Positions 1 to 13,184 of a DNA stretch of 64,000 nt are shown in pieces. The notes under the pieces are model-generated. The model did no database searches. It saw nothing but the letters and a program-made list of their open reading frames with translations, and was not told the DNA's origin. The first letter of the stretch is position 1, and each line of letters starts with the position of its first letter. A program made the position numbers and the translations under genes. Source of the DNA: Squalus acanthias. Taxonomy: Eukaryota. The stretch spans positions 19,160,001 to 19,224,000 of the forward strand of contig CM059433.1 in the NCBI GenBank assembly GCA_030390025.1, read 5' to 3'.

Positions 1-151
1 GTCGAAGTGACGGTCTTTTGCAGGTTTGGCCGAAATCACCATTGACGAAAGTAGGCCTCCATCCTCTGTAAATCACTGGTCAGGGTCTCCTCGGTGGCGA
101 ACAGATTCTTGTTTTGCGTGGCAAGGCAATGTCATCCTCGTGCACAAACTT
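1..151 (-). mobile_element. Non-LTR retrotransposon RT remnant, Vingi/Ingi-like
   Basis: Minus-strand translation with one frameshift and one stop: KFVHEDDIAL-TQNKNLFATEETLTSDLQRMEAYFRQW*FRPNLQKTVTS, a decayed YADD motif plus downstream RT segment. Continues off the window edge. Confidence 0.65.
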
Positions 152-255
152 GCAGTCATAACATTATATGTATGTTTGTAAAAATGTTAGAGTAAGATAA
201 AGGAAGCGTTCCTGGAATAATATGTTCGTTATTTACCAATGTAGGTTTATAAGGT

Positions 256-705
256 ATCAGCTGTAGCTCAGTGGTAGCACTCTCGGCACTGAGTCAGAAG
301 ATCGTGGGTTCGAGCTCCACTCCAGCAACATGAGCACACAATCCAGGCTGACACTGAGGGAATGCTGCACCGTTGGAGGTGACATCTTTCGGATGAGATG
401 TTAAACCGAGGCCCTATCTGCCCTCTCGGACAGATGTAAAAGATTCCATGACACTATTCGAGGAAGAGCAAGGGAGCTCTCCTGGAAAATATTTATCCCT
501 CAACCTACATCACTAAAGCAGATTATCTGGTCGTGTATCTGATTGCTGTTTGTGGACTTTGCTGTGCGCAATTTGATGCTGTGTTTCCCCACATTACCAC
601 AGTGACCTATACTTCAAAAGGTCTTAATTGGCTGTTAAGCACATTGTGATGTCCTGTTGTAGTGAAGTGTACTATACAAATCAAGTCCTTTCCTTTCCTT
701 CCTTT
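256..705 (+). mobile_element. tRNA-derived Deu-domain SINE (SacSINE1/AmnSINE1-like)
   Basis: A box TAGCTCAGTGG, B box GGTTCGAGCTCC, central block CTTTCGGATGAGATGTTAAACCGAGG...TAAAAGATTCCATG, simple (TTTCC)n tail; several sister copies in the window. Confidence 0.8.
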
Positions 706-2234
706 TATTATAATGCAAACCTGGTTACTAATTAAATAACTGTTAGGGAAAGATGTTCAGATAATTTTCCTCTGTAAGATGGAATATGGCTATGAAATTC
801 CACCGATGTCTACCGTTGTATTAAATTAAGCCAAGATGATCGGCCTAAATCAAACTGACCAGTACCGTTTTGGTTTCTGATACTCCCTCTTCTTCTTTTC
901 CCATCATCGTTGACATGTTTGGAGCTTCAGTGGCCGTCTATGTATTTGGGGCTGGTGATAATCTAGCTATAATTAGGAGCCGAGAGATTGGAAAAATTAT
1001 CACAATAATTGATAATCATGCTGATGAACTACTGGGACCTGCCCCATAACATTTAAGTGGGATGAAACCTCCTGAATGATTTGCAATATCTGGAGTTAAA
1101 ATAGCTTCAAACTCTACATCAGGTATGGTTTTAGCAGAGGGAGTCTCAGTCACCAATGTTACTGTGCTGGCTCCTTTCCTCACTCTGTATAAAATCTGCA
1201 TGTTTTTCTCGTACAATGCATCATAGTGGTGATATTTAGCATGGTTGGATGGTTAGCAGTTTTCAGGGCAACACGTAACAAAATGAATTCCGGAATTGCA
1301 TGATTGTAGCTCTAGTAAAAACCTCGCTGTTCAGTGTACAGATTACATTTGTGCGATAAAAGTTTTGAAGCAACATTACCAACTATGGATACAAAAAAAA
1401 GCTAGATTGTAGACTACATTCCCTTAATGTGCCTCTGAACTGCCTGTTGGCAGAATTGGTGGATTTGTTTCACAAATCACTCAGTGTGATAAAAAAGCTG
1501 ATTGTAACAATATATTTTGTGCTTAGAGATAGGATTCCTTCGGGAACACTTGATAACATACTTGGCAATTGAATCCAGATTTTGGCGGATATTCAACTGT
1601 GTTTGAAATATTTTGAGTTAAAAAGCATGCTCAATCTCTAAATTCTCCCTCTTTTTAAAAGTTTCCATTGGTTATACCATAGGGTTCTCTTTTAAAAAAA
1701 AAAAACATTTTTTAAATGTACTCCTCCTTTCACAGGAATAAATCGGGTTAAAGAAAATATAAATTCTTAAAAGTAGAAACAGCTGAGTCAATATATTTTT
1801 TAAACAGGTGTGGTCGGCCCTCCTAGTCATCTGGTTTGGAACTAAAGTTTGTCTCAAGGGCAGGCAGGCGGGATGCATGATAAATTTATCCTGCTACGTA
1901 AACCTGACCGAAATTCTGACAGACAAGTTTATTGTTGCACGTCACTGGGTGCATGAATGACTTCTTCAACAAATAACTAAAATATGTAAACATACTGATA
2001 AAAAAGGAATCAAAACATCCCCAGAAGGCGCACCACCCCCTGCTCAGGGTAATTAGGAATCAGAAATAAATGCAGCCTTGGAAGTGTTGCTCACATCCTG
2101 AGAGCAAATTAAAGAAATGTGGTAGCAGTCTGAGATCTTATGGAGTAATTAAATAAATTAGACTGATTTGTAGATCAACATAACAGGAGATCCAGTAGTT
2201 TGTCTATAAATATTTAAACTTGTACTTGTTACAT

Positions 2235-2785
2235 TCTACCCTACGTAAACTTGAGGTGATCCAAAACTCGGCTGCCCGTGTCCTGACTCGCACCAAGTCC
2301 CGTTCACCCATCACCCCAGTGCTCGCTGACCTACATTGGCCCCCAGTTAAGCAGCGCCTCGACTTCAAAATTCTCATCCTTGTTTTCAAATCCCTCCATG
2401 GCCTCGCCCCTCCCTATCTCTGTAATCTCCTCCAGCCCCACAACCCCCCCCCCCCGCCCCCCGAGATATCTGCGCTCCTCTAATTCTGCCCTCTCAAGCA
2501 TCCCTGATTATAATCACTCAACCTTTGGTGGCCGTGCCTTCTGTTGCCTAGGCTCTAAGCTCTGGAATTCCCTACCTGAACCTCTCCGCCTCACTATCTC
2601 GCTTTCCTCCTTTAAGACGCTCCCTAAAGCCTACCTCTTTGACCAAGCTTTTGGTCACCTGCCCTAATTTCTCCTTACGCGGCTCGGTGTCAAATTTATT
2701 TTGTTGTCTTTTAATACTCCTGTGAAGCGCCTTGGGACGTTTTACTACGTTAAGGGCGCTATATAAATACAAGTTGTTGTTGTTA
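2235..2785 (+). mobile_element. L2-clade LINE 3' end
   Basis: IQNSAARVLTRTKSRSPITPVLADLHWPPVKQRLDFKILILVFKSLHGLAPPYL...GGRAF...LWNSLP; ends in a (TTG)n tail. Confidence 0.85.
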
Positions 2786-3844
2786 CATACAAGAGAGACA
2801 ACCTTACAAAGCTTCCGCATAAAATTGATTAACAGCTTATTTGGGTTGGTATGTACAACATATTCAGTCAGTTAGACATCAATCATAATGTAGATCAGCG
2901 CTCAAGGGGGAGCCAAGCTCCATCCTGGGACTTTGATCCAAGATGAAGTACAAGGCCAGCAGGAGGGGGAAGCACAAAAGGATATTCTACCTAGACTTGG
3001 TGGAAGGAGAGGAGGGATTATGCTGCAAAGGTAGTTTGCAGAAGGATCAAACTTGTACATAGATTCTGCTGCACTCTAACATTTGTCTAAAAGGGGTACA
3101 TGTGGTCCCAGTACCAGCTTCCAAGTTGCCCGTTTAGTTTTAGTGTTGCATTTCTGAAAGCAGGAATACTCCCTGTTTTGTACAGAGTGATTGAAAAACA
3201 GACTGAACACATCTTCAGTAGGATGGCTTATAAAACACCAACAGTTTTATGAATAAGCCACACACCATTTTGTTTTTCCTTGAGCTTTTTTTTTTAAACT
3301 CCATCAATATTTTCTCAATACAAGGTGCTCCATCATATTGTACATTTGCAATGTACTGAGTGCTTTTTCTTTTTAACAATATCTGTCTTAAATAATCATA
3401 ATATAAAATTACAAATATGCATATCAACAGTCTAAAAATAAACTGTGGAACGAGAAGATGACATTCAATCCTCCAAGTCCACTCTTTCCAGCATGCATTA
3501 TTAATATTGCCATTTATTCTCGAGGGAGGCAATTAACCACAGGTAAAATTTTCAAACCTCCCTAAAAGTGGGCGGGGATAAGAAACTTGCTGGCTCTCGT
3601 TAGATCATTGCAGTAGGTGAACCAGATCCCTGATCATTTTTTAACCCAATTATCATGTAATCCAATCAGAACTAAAATAAGTACTGTACTTGCCTTGTAG
3701 AGGGGTTTGAAGACCATTCAGCCAGTTATTAATTCTGCCACTGGAGATGTGTGGAGGGAGCACGTATTTAGAACTCAGGCATGCCCCGCATGATTTATAG
3801 TCCATTCATTTTCTTTAATTAATTTTAATGGATAGAAAATCATT

Positions 3845-3866
3845 GGGGTGGGGTGGGGGTGGGGGG
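3845..3866 (+). repeat. (GGGGT)n G-rich run, potential G-quadruplex
   Basis: GGGGTGGGGTGGGGGTGGGGGG: four G-tracts separated by single T. Confidence 0.6.
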
Positions 3867-5147
3867 TGAGAAACGTGCTCGACTTCCTACTACGTGCTTC
3901 TGCCATGCAAAGTACTGTGGCTGGAGTACTAAAGATGAAAATTCACCCCAATGTACGTAGTCTAGTCTATCAGTACACTGGTGGCATTTGACATCTGCAC
4001 ATCATATCAACACAAATTTCTCTCTCTCATTGAATTTGAGTAGTTTTAGGAAAATGGAGGGAAAGGATAAAATAAATCCTTACATATTTAAATTACTGTA
4101 AATCTTCATTTGTTTATAGTATACATTTTTGTATTTAAATCTGCCTTCATTCATTTAAAAAGTGAATGGAAAAATTAAATATGGAAGCCAAGCCACTCCC
4201 ACTCAGTCTTATTCATACGGTGCATTTACACAAGTTTAGAGTTGATGTAAAACGATTTTGGCTTTGCCCAAACTGTAAAGTTTTGTAGTGTAAATTGAGT
4301 GCGAGTTGGCTTGAACATACTCTGAAGCAAAATGGAGTGGGAGTATTTTCTCCAGCGAGTCTCATGCTACTGTGCTCTGGTGTCAGGTTGGGCCTTGATC
4401 CTGGATTAAGGCTGCACTCACACTATAACTGGAACACTGGGGCAAACCACTTTCCACTGATGCTACAGTTGTAGTGTGAATGCGCTCTTCGAAACAAAAC
4501 ATATCTATGCATGTGCACTGAAAAAGCATGGCATCCTGCATCATAAAGGAAACTGCACAAGAATAGCTCTATTTACCTTGCAATGAACAAAGATGCTTAG
4601 GGTGGGGTCCTACCATCAGGACCATTTGTAAAAATCAAACCGTTACAAACACTAATGATTAATAATGATATCCCTTTATTTTCTATTCTACCTGATGGCA
4701 CAAAAATATATATTTTTAAATCCAACATTTCAAAGTTGACAAAGATTGAGTGGTAGGGCCATTACTGGGGTATTGGTTTAAAGGTCTGAGGAAACTGAAT
4801 TATAACACAGCTGATGCTTTATGACAATATCGTTAAAACTCCAGTACCTCAACAACTGGACTAAATAACTCCTTTAAGCTAGCGCCTTATCATCGATTAG
4901 TTAAACAAAACAAAAAAAAAAAATCACAGAAATGGACAAGATAAAATAATGTTGCTAATCACAATTCTCATTAAATATTTGCTTTAGAAGAGGGTTGGCT
5001 CATGGAAAATAAATACCGCTATTCAATAGACACTTTAGTATAAACTACTGCAAGCATTTACCCTGCTACACCTTTTGTCATTGCAACAAGGTGTACAAAA
5101 AATAGTTAATGCAAGTATCCAATAAGAAAATTAAAGGTGAAAATACC

Positions 5148-5225
5148 ACAACAACAACAAATACTTATATAGCGCCTTTAACATAATAAAACGTCCCAAG
5201 ACGCTTCACAGGAGCGTTATCAAAA
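5148..5225 (-). mobile_element. L2 3'-tail fragment
   Basis: Reverse complement of the 2710-2785 tail (ACAACAAC...TATATAGCGCCTTTAAC...ACGTCCCAAG..GCTTCACAGGAG). Confidence 0.7.
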
Positions 5226-5914
5226 AGATAATGGACTATACTCGCTCCCTGGAGTTTCCTAAATTCATTATTCAGAACATAGTCAACTGAATAAAATAGT
5301 GAAACATGTATTCACAACAACACACAAACATTAATTGTGCGACTAGTCCTCCACCATTCAGACATCCAACAGTGCTACATTATGCGCCAAACTGCCATTT
5401 CTAGGAGTCTTTAGAATGCTAAATCAATGAGGGGATCCCAATTGTTCTGGGCTGAGTATTCTTTAAAAATAATTTTTAAAAAACAAAAAAACCATGGAAA
5501 ACGTGAATGTGGCTATCATGCCTTACAGCTTCAGCTGGTCCCTGTAAAACATCAAAGATTGTGCACAATAAGCTTCTTTGCTTGCTCAAACTGATTTCAC
5601 TCAATCGGTTTCTCTGCATGAATGGCATGAATGCCTGTGAGTGATGCAATGCATTATGCCTGTTAGCTGCTAAGCTTTGCCTCATACTACTGCAGTTAAT
5701 TAAAAAGAGAATAAAAAATAAATATAAAATTCATGTATGTCACACTTCAGTGATGTTGAAAAGGACAGTTGGTCTTGCATTTGACCAAATGCCACAAAAC
5801 CTGCATGAATAAGTACTTTTCTTACGAGAACTCTTACCTCCTGCCATTTCAGCAAAGATGGATTATTAGAAAAAAGTCTGAGTACCCTGGTAGTCACTTA
5901 TCAAAAAAGTAACC

Positions 5915-8145
5915 TCCGCTATTCAAGAAAGGAGGGAGAGAGAAAACAGGGAACTATAGAGCAGTTAGCATATCAGTAGTAGGGAAAATGCTAGAACCTA
6001 TTCTTAGGGATGTGTTAACAGGGCATTTAGAAAGTCATAATATGACTGGGCAGAGTCAACACGGATTTATGAAAGGGAAATTGTGTTTGACAAATCTGTT
6101 AAGAGCTTTTTGAGGTTGTAATTAGCAAGGTAGATAAGGGGGAAACCAGTGGATGTAGTGTATTTGGATTTTCAAAAAGCCTTCGATAAGGTGCCACACA
6201 AGAGGTTATTACACAAAATCAGGGCTCGTGGGGTTGGGGGTAAAGTATTAGCATGGAATGAGGATTGGTTAATGGACAGAAAAGAGAGTAGGAATAAATG
6301 GGTCATTTTCGGGTTGGCAGGCTGTAACTAGTGGGGTACCACAAGGATCAGTGCTTGGGCCTCAGCTATTTACAATCTATATCAATGACTTAGATGAGGG
6401 GACCGAGTTTTTTAAAATTCATTTATGGGATGTGGGCGTCACTGACAAGGCCAGCATTTATTGCCCATCCCTAATTGCCCTCGAGAAGGTGGTGGTGAGC
6501 CGCCTTCTTGTACTGCTGCAGTCCGTGTGGTGAAGCTACTCCCACGGTGTTGTTAGGTAGGGAGTTCCAGGAATTTGACCCAGTGACGATGAAGGATCGG
6601 CGATATACTTCTAAGTTAGGATGGTGTGTGACTTCGATGGGGAACTTGGAAGTGGTGGTGTTACCATGCACCTGCTGCCCTTGTCCTTCTAGGTGGTAGA
6701 GGTTACAGATTTGGGAGGTGCTGCCAAAGAAGACTGGGTGAGTTGCTGCAGTGCATCTTGTAGATGGTACACACTGCAGCCACGGTACGCCGGTGGTGGA
6801 GGGAGTGAATGTTTAAGGTGGTGGATGGGTTGCCAAACAAGCGGGCTGCTTTATCCTGGATGGTGTCGAGCTTCTTGAGTGTTGTTGGAGCTGCACTCAT
6901 CCAGGCAAGTGGAGAGTATTCCATCACACTCCTTACTTGTGCCTTGTAGATGGTGGAAAGGCTTTGGGGAGTCAGGAGGTGAGACACTCGCTGCAGAATA
7001 CCTAGCCTCTGACATGCTCTTGTTGCCACAGTATGTGTGTGGCTGGTCCAGTTAAGTTTCTGGTCAATGGTGACCCCAGGATGTTGATGGTGGGGGATTC
7101 GGCGATGGTAATGCCGTTGAATGTCAAGGGGCGGTGGTTAGACTCTCGCTTGTTGGAGATGGTCATTGCCTGGCACTTCTGTGGTGTGAATGTTACCTGC
7201 CACTTATCAGCCCAAGCCTGAATGTCGTCCAGGTCTTGTTGCATGCGGGCATGTATCTAAGTTTGCTGCTGACACAAAGCTAGATGGGAACGTAAACTGT
7301 GAGGAGGATGCAAAGAGGCTGCAAAGGGATATAGACAGGTTAAGTGAGTGGGCAAGAGCATGGCAGATGGGATAATAACGTGGAGAAGTGTGAAGTTATC
7401 CACTTTGGTAAGAAAAATAGAAAAGCAGGATATTTTTTAAAAGGTGAGAGACTTGGAAATGTTGGTATTCAGAGGGACCTGGGTGGCGAATCACAGAAAG
7501 TTAACATGCAGGTACAGAAAGCAATTAGGAAACCAAATGGTATGTTAGCCTTTATAACAAAGAAAAGAAGTCTTACTGCAATTATATAGGGCCCTGTGAG
7601 ACCACACCTGGAGTATTAAGTACAGTTTTGGTCCGCTTACCTAAGGAAGGATATACTTGCCTTAGAGGGAGTGCAATAAAAGATTCCTAGATGGAGGTAT
7701 TGTCCTCTGAGGAGAGATTGAGTAGAAGAGGCCTATATTCCCTAGAGTTTAGAGCAATGAGAGGTAATCTCATTGAAACATACAAAATTCTTAAGGGGCT
7801 TGACAGGGTAGATGCAGGGAGAATGTTTTCCCTGCCTGGAGAATCTAGAACACGGGGTCACAGTCTCAGAATAAGGGGTCGGCCATTTAGGACTGAGATG
7901 AGGAGAAATGTCTTCACTCAAAGGGTTGTGAATCTTTGGAATTCTCTACCCCAGGGGGCTGTGGAGGCTCAGTCGTTGAGTATATTTAAGACAGAGATCG
8001 ATAGATTTTTGGATATTATGGGAATCAAGGGATATGGCGGGAAAGTGGAGTTGAGGTAGGAGATCAGCCATGATCTTATTGAATGGCGGACAAGACCCGA
8101 GGGGCCGAATGGCCTACTCCTGCTCCCATTTCTTATATTCTTATG
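5915..8145 (+). mobile_element. CR1-clade LINE (family A), split by a nested insertion at ~6408-7250
   Basis: [38 protein letters not shown], then after the insert SKFAADTKL...LQRDIDRLSEWA and RTRGHSL...FTQRVVNLWNSLP; 3' tail GAATGGCCTACTCCTGCTCC. Multiple stops and frameshifts. Confidence 0.9.
6408..7250 (-). mobile_element. Second CR1-group LINE (family B) 3' portion, nested in family A
   Basis: QQDLDDIQAWADKWQVTFTPQKCQAM and PQSLSTIYKAQVRSVMEYSPLAWMSAAPTTLKKLDTIQDKAARL; 5'-truncated. Confidence 0.88.
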
Positions 8146-8429
8146 TGTGTCTCAAAAATGAAAATGTGACAAAATGTACAATCAAATCTTTCAGTTTGTT
8201 TTCTCAAACTCGTGTCTTTCAGCTATGGCAGAATGATTCCAAATTAGTTTGGAATGTAGGCAGGGAATAATTAATCATCCATTTCATTATCTGAAATATT
8301 AAAGAAAGCCACATGATGTGTATAGCATACATTTAAAGGGCAAGGAAATACTTCTTGTTCAAAGCTTTCCCCAGTTTTTTTCAAAATGTAATTTTTAGCA
8401 CCAACCTGAAGACCCTCGAGTATGATATC

Positions 8430-8755
8430 TTATAAATTTCACCTCATATCCCACCACGGCTATCTGAGGATTTGAATTCAGTTTAAAAAAGAATCCGCAA
8501 ATGAAAAGCTAGTATCAATAAGTGACCATAAAGCTGTTGGATTATCTTAAAAATCAAACTGGTTTACTAAGTACTTTAGGGAAGGAAACCTGCCACCCTT
8601 ACCCGGTCTGGTCTATATGCGTTTCCAGCGCCCTCTGAAGCGGTCTGAAATGCAGTTGTACCAAAAGCTCTACAAAGAAATGGGTAACTAGGGATGGGCA
8701 ATAAATTCTGGCTTTGCCAGCGACACCCACATCCCGCAAATTAATTAAAAAAAAA
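8430..8755 (+). mobile_element. SINE-like element carrying the family-B LINE 3' tail
   Basis: Non-coding body, then TAGGGATGGGCAATAAATTCTGGCTTTGCCAGCGACACCCACATCCC, matching the reverse complement of 6425-6480. Confidence 0.65.
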
Positions 8756-10329
8756 TCTATTTAAAAAAAAGCATTACCCTAAGGGCTGTCACATGAAAAC
8801 CCCTTGTTATAAAAACTGGATACTGTAATTTCATTTGTGCTTCTATATGCAATTCTCCAATCTTTCAAGGGGCAGGCTGATGAACACTTTAGTGAGACAA
8901 GGCTGAATATAAAACAGCAAACTGGTTTACTTCACAACTGTCAAGCGAACGCGCACAGCAACAATTATACAAAATCTCATTGTTACTACGATTTCATTTC
9001 AGTATCACTCTTCACAACACTGAAAATAATAAAAATGCCAGTGTCTAGGTTGGCAGATAATATACAATTTTGCTGCTGCCCAAGGCTCCCGTTGAGCCTG
9101 GTTGGTTCTACCTTAAAATAAAATAAGATAGTCTGCTACTATCAGTCTGGCCTGAGGGCTGCTTCAACCTCAGGAAGCCTTTCTACAGACTAGGCAATCT
9201 GCGTTCCCAGCTTATAGCACGGTTTCCTACAGCATGTGGCTCTCCAGCAGTACTTAGGCTGGTGTGAAGTTGCACTTACTGCTGTTCACAAAGAAGCCAC
9301 TCCAGGATGCTCCCCACAACAAATGCAGCAAGAGTAACCTCCGTTGCAGGGAGATTCTTTTGGGGAGATCCTACCTGAGCATTTCCAAGTTGGTGCTAAA
9401 ACTGACATTTCAATTTGAAAAAATCTTAGAAATATTTGGTAGAATATATATTTCTTGTATAATAAAGGAGAATACTTTGAACAAAGAGTATTGCCCCTTT
9501 CCTTTTCTTTCATCCTCAGGATAAGTCCTTCAACGTCCACTTGAGATCAGAAAACCAGCGTGTGAGAAATCGTAAAGATAGCAGTCAGGTTTTATTACTT
9601 TGTGCCACTATCTCATCAGTGCATAATGTACTGTGCCTGACCCAAGCGCCATGAATACCCAACAATAAAGGATCATCAGTCAAAATCACAACAATAAAGG
9701 TGCGGGTATATTCAACAACCTCTCCACTAAATTCTTAACCGACAAGCCTCAACTCCAAAAAGTGTACGCAGATTGGAATTTTTCTAATGCCACAGCATTG
9801 CAAATTAAATCTGCAATGACAGATTACTTTCATTGGTGAATGTGTAAAATGGTCAAAAAACATCAAGTGCCTTATCTACCCTAACAATCATGACATTCTG
9901 ATAGTTTGAACATTCTGTGAATTGTGCAGTCACTGACCTCAGCTGCTAACATGGATATTGAGGGTGATGAGTGCAAGACTTTGACTTACATTTCTATTCA
10001 TTTGTCATTATTATGGGAGCTTTGCAACATCTGCTCCTGTAAAACTCAGAGATCCAGCTATCTTTTGTATTCTGTTACACAATTTCATTCATAAAGAAAT
10101 CTAAACAGACGTCTGCTGGACATGTGAGTTTTCTAGTCTGGTCAGAAAAAAATGGTTTAGCTTCAGGCAGAGGGGCTAATATTTTTAGATTTGTGTTTGC
10201 CTTTGTAATGAAGTGCACAAAGCAAAAAGCAAAAATACAACCAGGCTTTTCAAATTCTCGTTGATAAGGCCTATGAAAAACAAAAAAAAAATCCATGGCT
10301 TTGCCCTCAGGATAAGAGACTACATTATC

Positions 10330-10510
10330 AGAGCAAAGACAGAACACAGCAAGTTTTAGACAGATACATTCAATAAACATGTCATGTTTGCCTACAAAAC
10401 TGCAGTATCTGCACTTCAAAAGTAATTTATTGGCTACAAAGCACTTTGGGATATTCTGAGATCATGACAGGAGCTGTATAAATGCAAGTTTTGTCTTGTT
10501 TTCTTTGTTG
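10330..10510 (+). mobile_element. Deu-SINE 3' fragment
   Basis: ACTTCAAAAGTAATTTATTGGCT...GCACTTTGGGA...TATAAATGCAAG, similar to the 3' end of 256-705. Start approximate. Confidence 0.55.
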
Positions 10511-10769
10511 CTTGCTTTCTTTCTATCTTCTTCCTCCTCAGCACAGAGAAAAATGTGTCAGCTCAAAATTTCAAAACTTGTATGAGATATAACTTTTGTG
10601 TTAAAAAAGTCTGAGAGTAGAGAAATTAAGTTGATTACCTATTTGGTCGGGTCTTAAAACTTTGATTGACATGCATCCTCTTGTATGAGCTTTGCCCCAC
10701 TTGATAGGTCCTTAGATAATGCATGAGCAAATGAGACATTGCAGCCAAGTGGTCTGCGCCTGCAATCCT

Positions 10770-11237
10770 ACTCCTGAAGCTTTGGCCACGCTCGACCAGC
10801 TCCGATTGATGGGTCACATTGTCCGCATGCCCGATACGAGATTCCCAAAACAAGCGCTCTACTCGGACTCTGACACGGCAAGAGAGCCACAGGTGGGCAG
10901 AGGAAACGCTTCAAGGACACCCTCAAAGGCTCCTTGAAAAAGTGCAACATCCCCACCGACAACTGGGAATCGCTGGTCTAAGACCGCACAAAGTAGAGAA
11001 GCATCCGGGAAGGCGCCGAACACCTCGAGTCTCTTCGCCGGGAGCAAGCGGAAGCCAAGCGCAAGCAGCGCACGTCAACCCAAGCACCCCACCCACCCGC
11101 CCCTTCAACCACCATCTGCCCCACCTGTGACAGAGACTGTAGGTCCTGCACTGGACTCATCAGTCACCTGAGAACTAATTTTTAATGTGGAAGCAAGTCA
11201 TCCTTGGTTCCGAGGGACTGCCTAAGAAGACGACGAC
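10770..11237 (+). mobile_element. RTE-clade (BovB-like) LINE 3' end
   Basis: QLRLMGHIVRMPDTRFPKQALYS, GGQRKRFKDTLKGSLKKCNIPTDNWE and a C-terminal CPTCDRDCRSCTGLISHLRT zinc-finger-like motif; short (GAC)n tail. Confidence 0.85.
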
Positions 11238-12229
11238 TCCTCCTGTTGCAAAGTCTATCAACTATAATATTAGACCAGTTTGTTTCAACTTAAAGCTAGA
11301 CTGAAACTAACACTAATGCGCCCATGGGGATGGATGTGTGTGATCATGATGTGTGGGGGATGAATATCATTCCAATGACGAGATGATCCCATCAGGTACA
11401 TAATCTATCTATCTTCTTTGATTTACATCATCCACATGGTATAGGAGCATACTGAAGTAATGCAAATTTTAGAGTGGGGGGGGGCGGGGAAAGAGCGGCA
11501 GGGAATGCCCTGCATGGAAGCCATAACACCACAAATCAAGGTGATCTGCCAAAGGTGTTGTAGTGTGCTGCGGTTGAGTCTAGACAGTAATGTTCAGTAA
11601 ATGTGTGAGAATTGTTCCATGAGGCTGCCTTGCACTTGCTTTTAATTGGAACTTGACTGAAAGATGCGCAGAAGACAGCCATGGAACAGGTGAATGACCC
11701 TTTAACAGCTTTTTATTTGCAAGATGGTAGTAGTGTGGGATGCACTGTACCATCTACTTAGCTATTTGCTGCTTAGTAATCTTTTCCCTTTAGTTCTTGC
11801 ACCATTGGAAATGAATAACTGTGGGAGATGGTTCTGCTGCCCTGCCTGGATTTTCTGCTAGGTAGGTCACACCACCTAGCGATGCAGAATGGGAAATGGT
11901 CAGTGAATAAGCACAGAGCTATGCTATGCAGGTTCAACCAAGGTGGACAGTTGTGTGTGGAGCTGGTGATGGCTGATGTGACTTGGGTCATTAGAGTATA
12001 TGGAGACTGCCTAAATGGCTGATTCGGTAATTGTTCTCATTAGTGCAAGTAGTTATGGGACTCCTAAACCCATCTGCTACATAGGGAAAACCACCCAATT
12101 GGTTGGTATAAATGGTTATGAAAGCTACCAAGTAGAAATCAATCCAGCCGGATTACTATGGATGCACGACCCCATGGACTGAATCTACGATGCAATAGTT
12201 TGATACGGCTAGACACAAGAAATACTCAG

Positions 12230-12940
12230 TTGTTCTGCTATTCAGGTTTAGTGATCCTTCTGTCATGGGAATTGACACATCTCAAAGTCATTATAGCAGG
12301 TCTTACTGAGGCTAGGTGCACTGGGCAGGGCTCCACAAAACTGGGTGGATATATCTATGTTCACTCAGGCAGGCGTGATGGACGACATCTCCAAGGTGTA
12401 ATTCTTGCCATGGATTACCATAAAACCAAAGTGCCGGTCAGTTGGAAACCAATAAATGAACACCTTCTTACAGCTCATTTTGTTTATAAATATGGATGTT
12501 CATCAGTAATAGTAGTATCTGCTCCAACAAAGGTGGCATACTCTGATGATAAAGACAAATTCTATAGATGACTCAAGGCTGCCATCATATTAGTACTCCA
12601 GTGGGACCTGCTCTTCATGTTCGAATACTTTAATGCTGAAGTAGGAGCCAACAGATCAAATTTGGCTAAGATCATTGGAGCACATGGCCATGAACAACGT
12701 AATGACTTGTTGACATCTGTGCTGCCCATGGCCTCAAGAAATGGGGTACTTTCTTTCTCAGAAAAGACATCCATAGATACACATGGTACAGTAACGATGG
12801 AACTACTATAATGGAAATAAACCACATTATTACAAACACTCATTAGCATAGTTCATAATGTCCAGGTCTTCAGAAGTGTTAAGTGTGGCAACTTAGACTA
12901 CTGTCTTGTTGTAACTTATGACTCTCTGACATTGAAGAAA
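12230..12940 (+). mobile_element. Decayed AP-endonuclease of an RTE-group LINE
   Basis: IIAGLTEARCTGQG...YIYVHSG...GVILAM...SWKPINEHLLTAHF...VIVVSAPT...DKDKFY and FNAEVG motifs. Confidence 0.7.
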
Positions 12941-13184
12941 AGATCTGTCTAATCTAACCTACTCTTGCAAAGATGCTGAAAAGTTTTGCCTAAGAGGCGC
13001 AATGTGAGGAGCTAGAAAAAGCAAACTAGTGCAATGGTGCAGATCCTGGGGCTTCATTTGTTGTAGGAATCAGAGTACATGTGTTGTACTGCCTATCTGC
13101 AGCAGCATAATATTTTTCTGTGTTTGCTTGTAATTTCCACAGAAACTGCCAAACAAGGCTACACTGTTGTAGAACAGGTAAAAA

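Noticed and set aside
258..330. tRNA-like sequence with A and B boxes
   Set aside because: No complete cloverleaf; runs directly into a SINE body found in several copies.
5700..5897. Minus-strand ORF with GAG|GTAAG donor, considered as an MCPH1 exon
   Set aside because: Translation does not resemble the MCPH1 BRCT sequence in the frames I checked.
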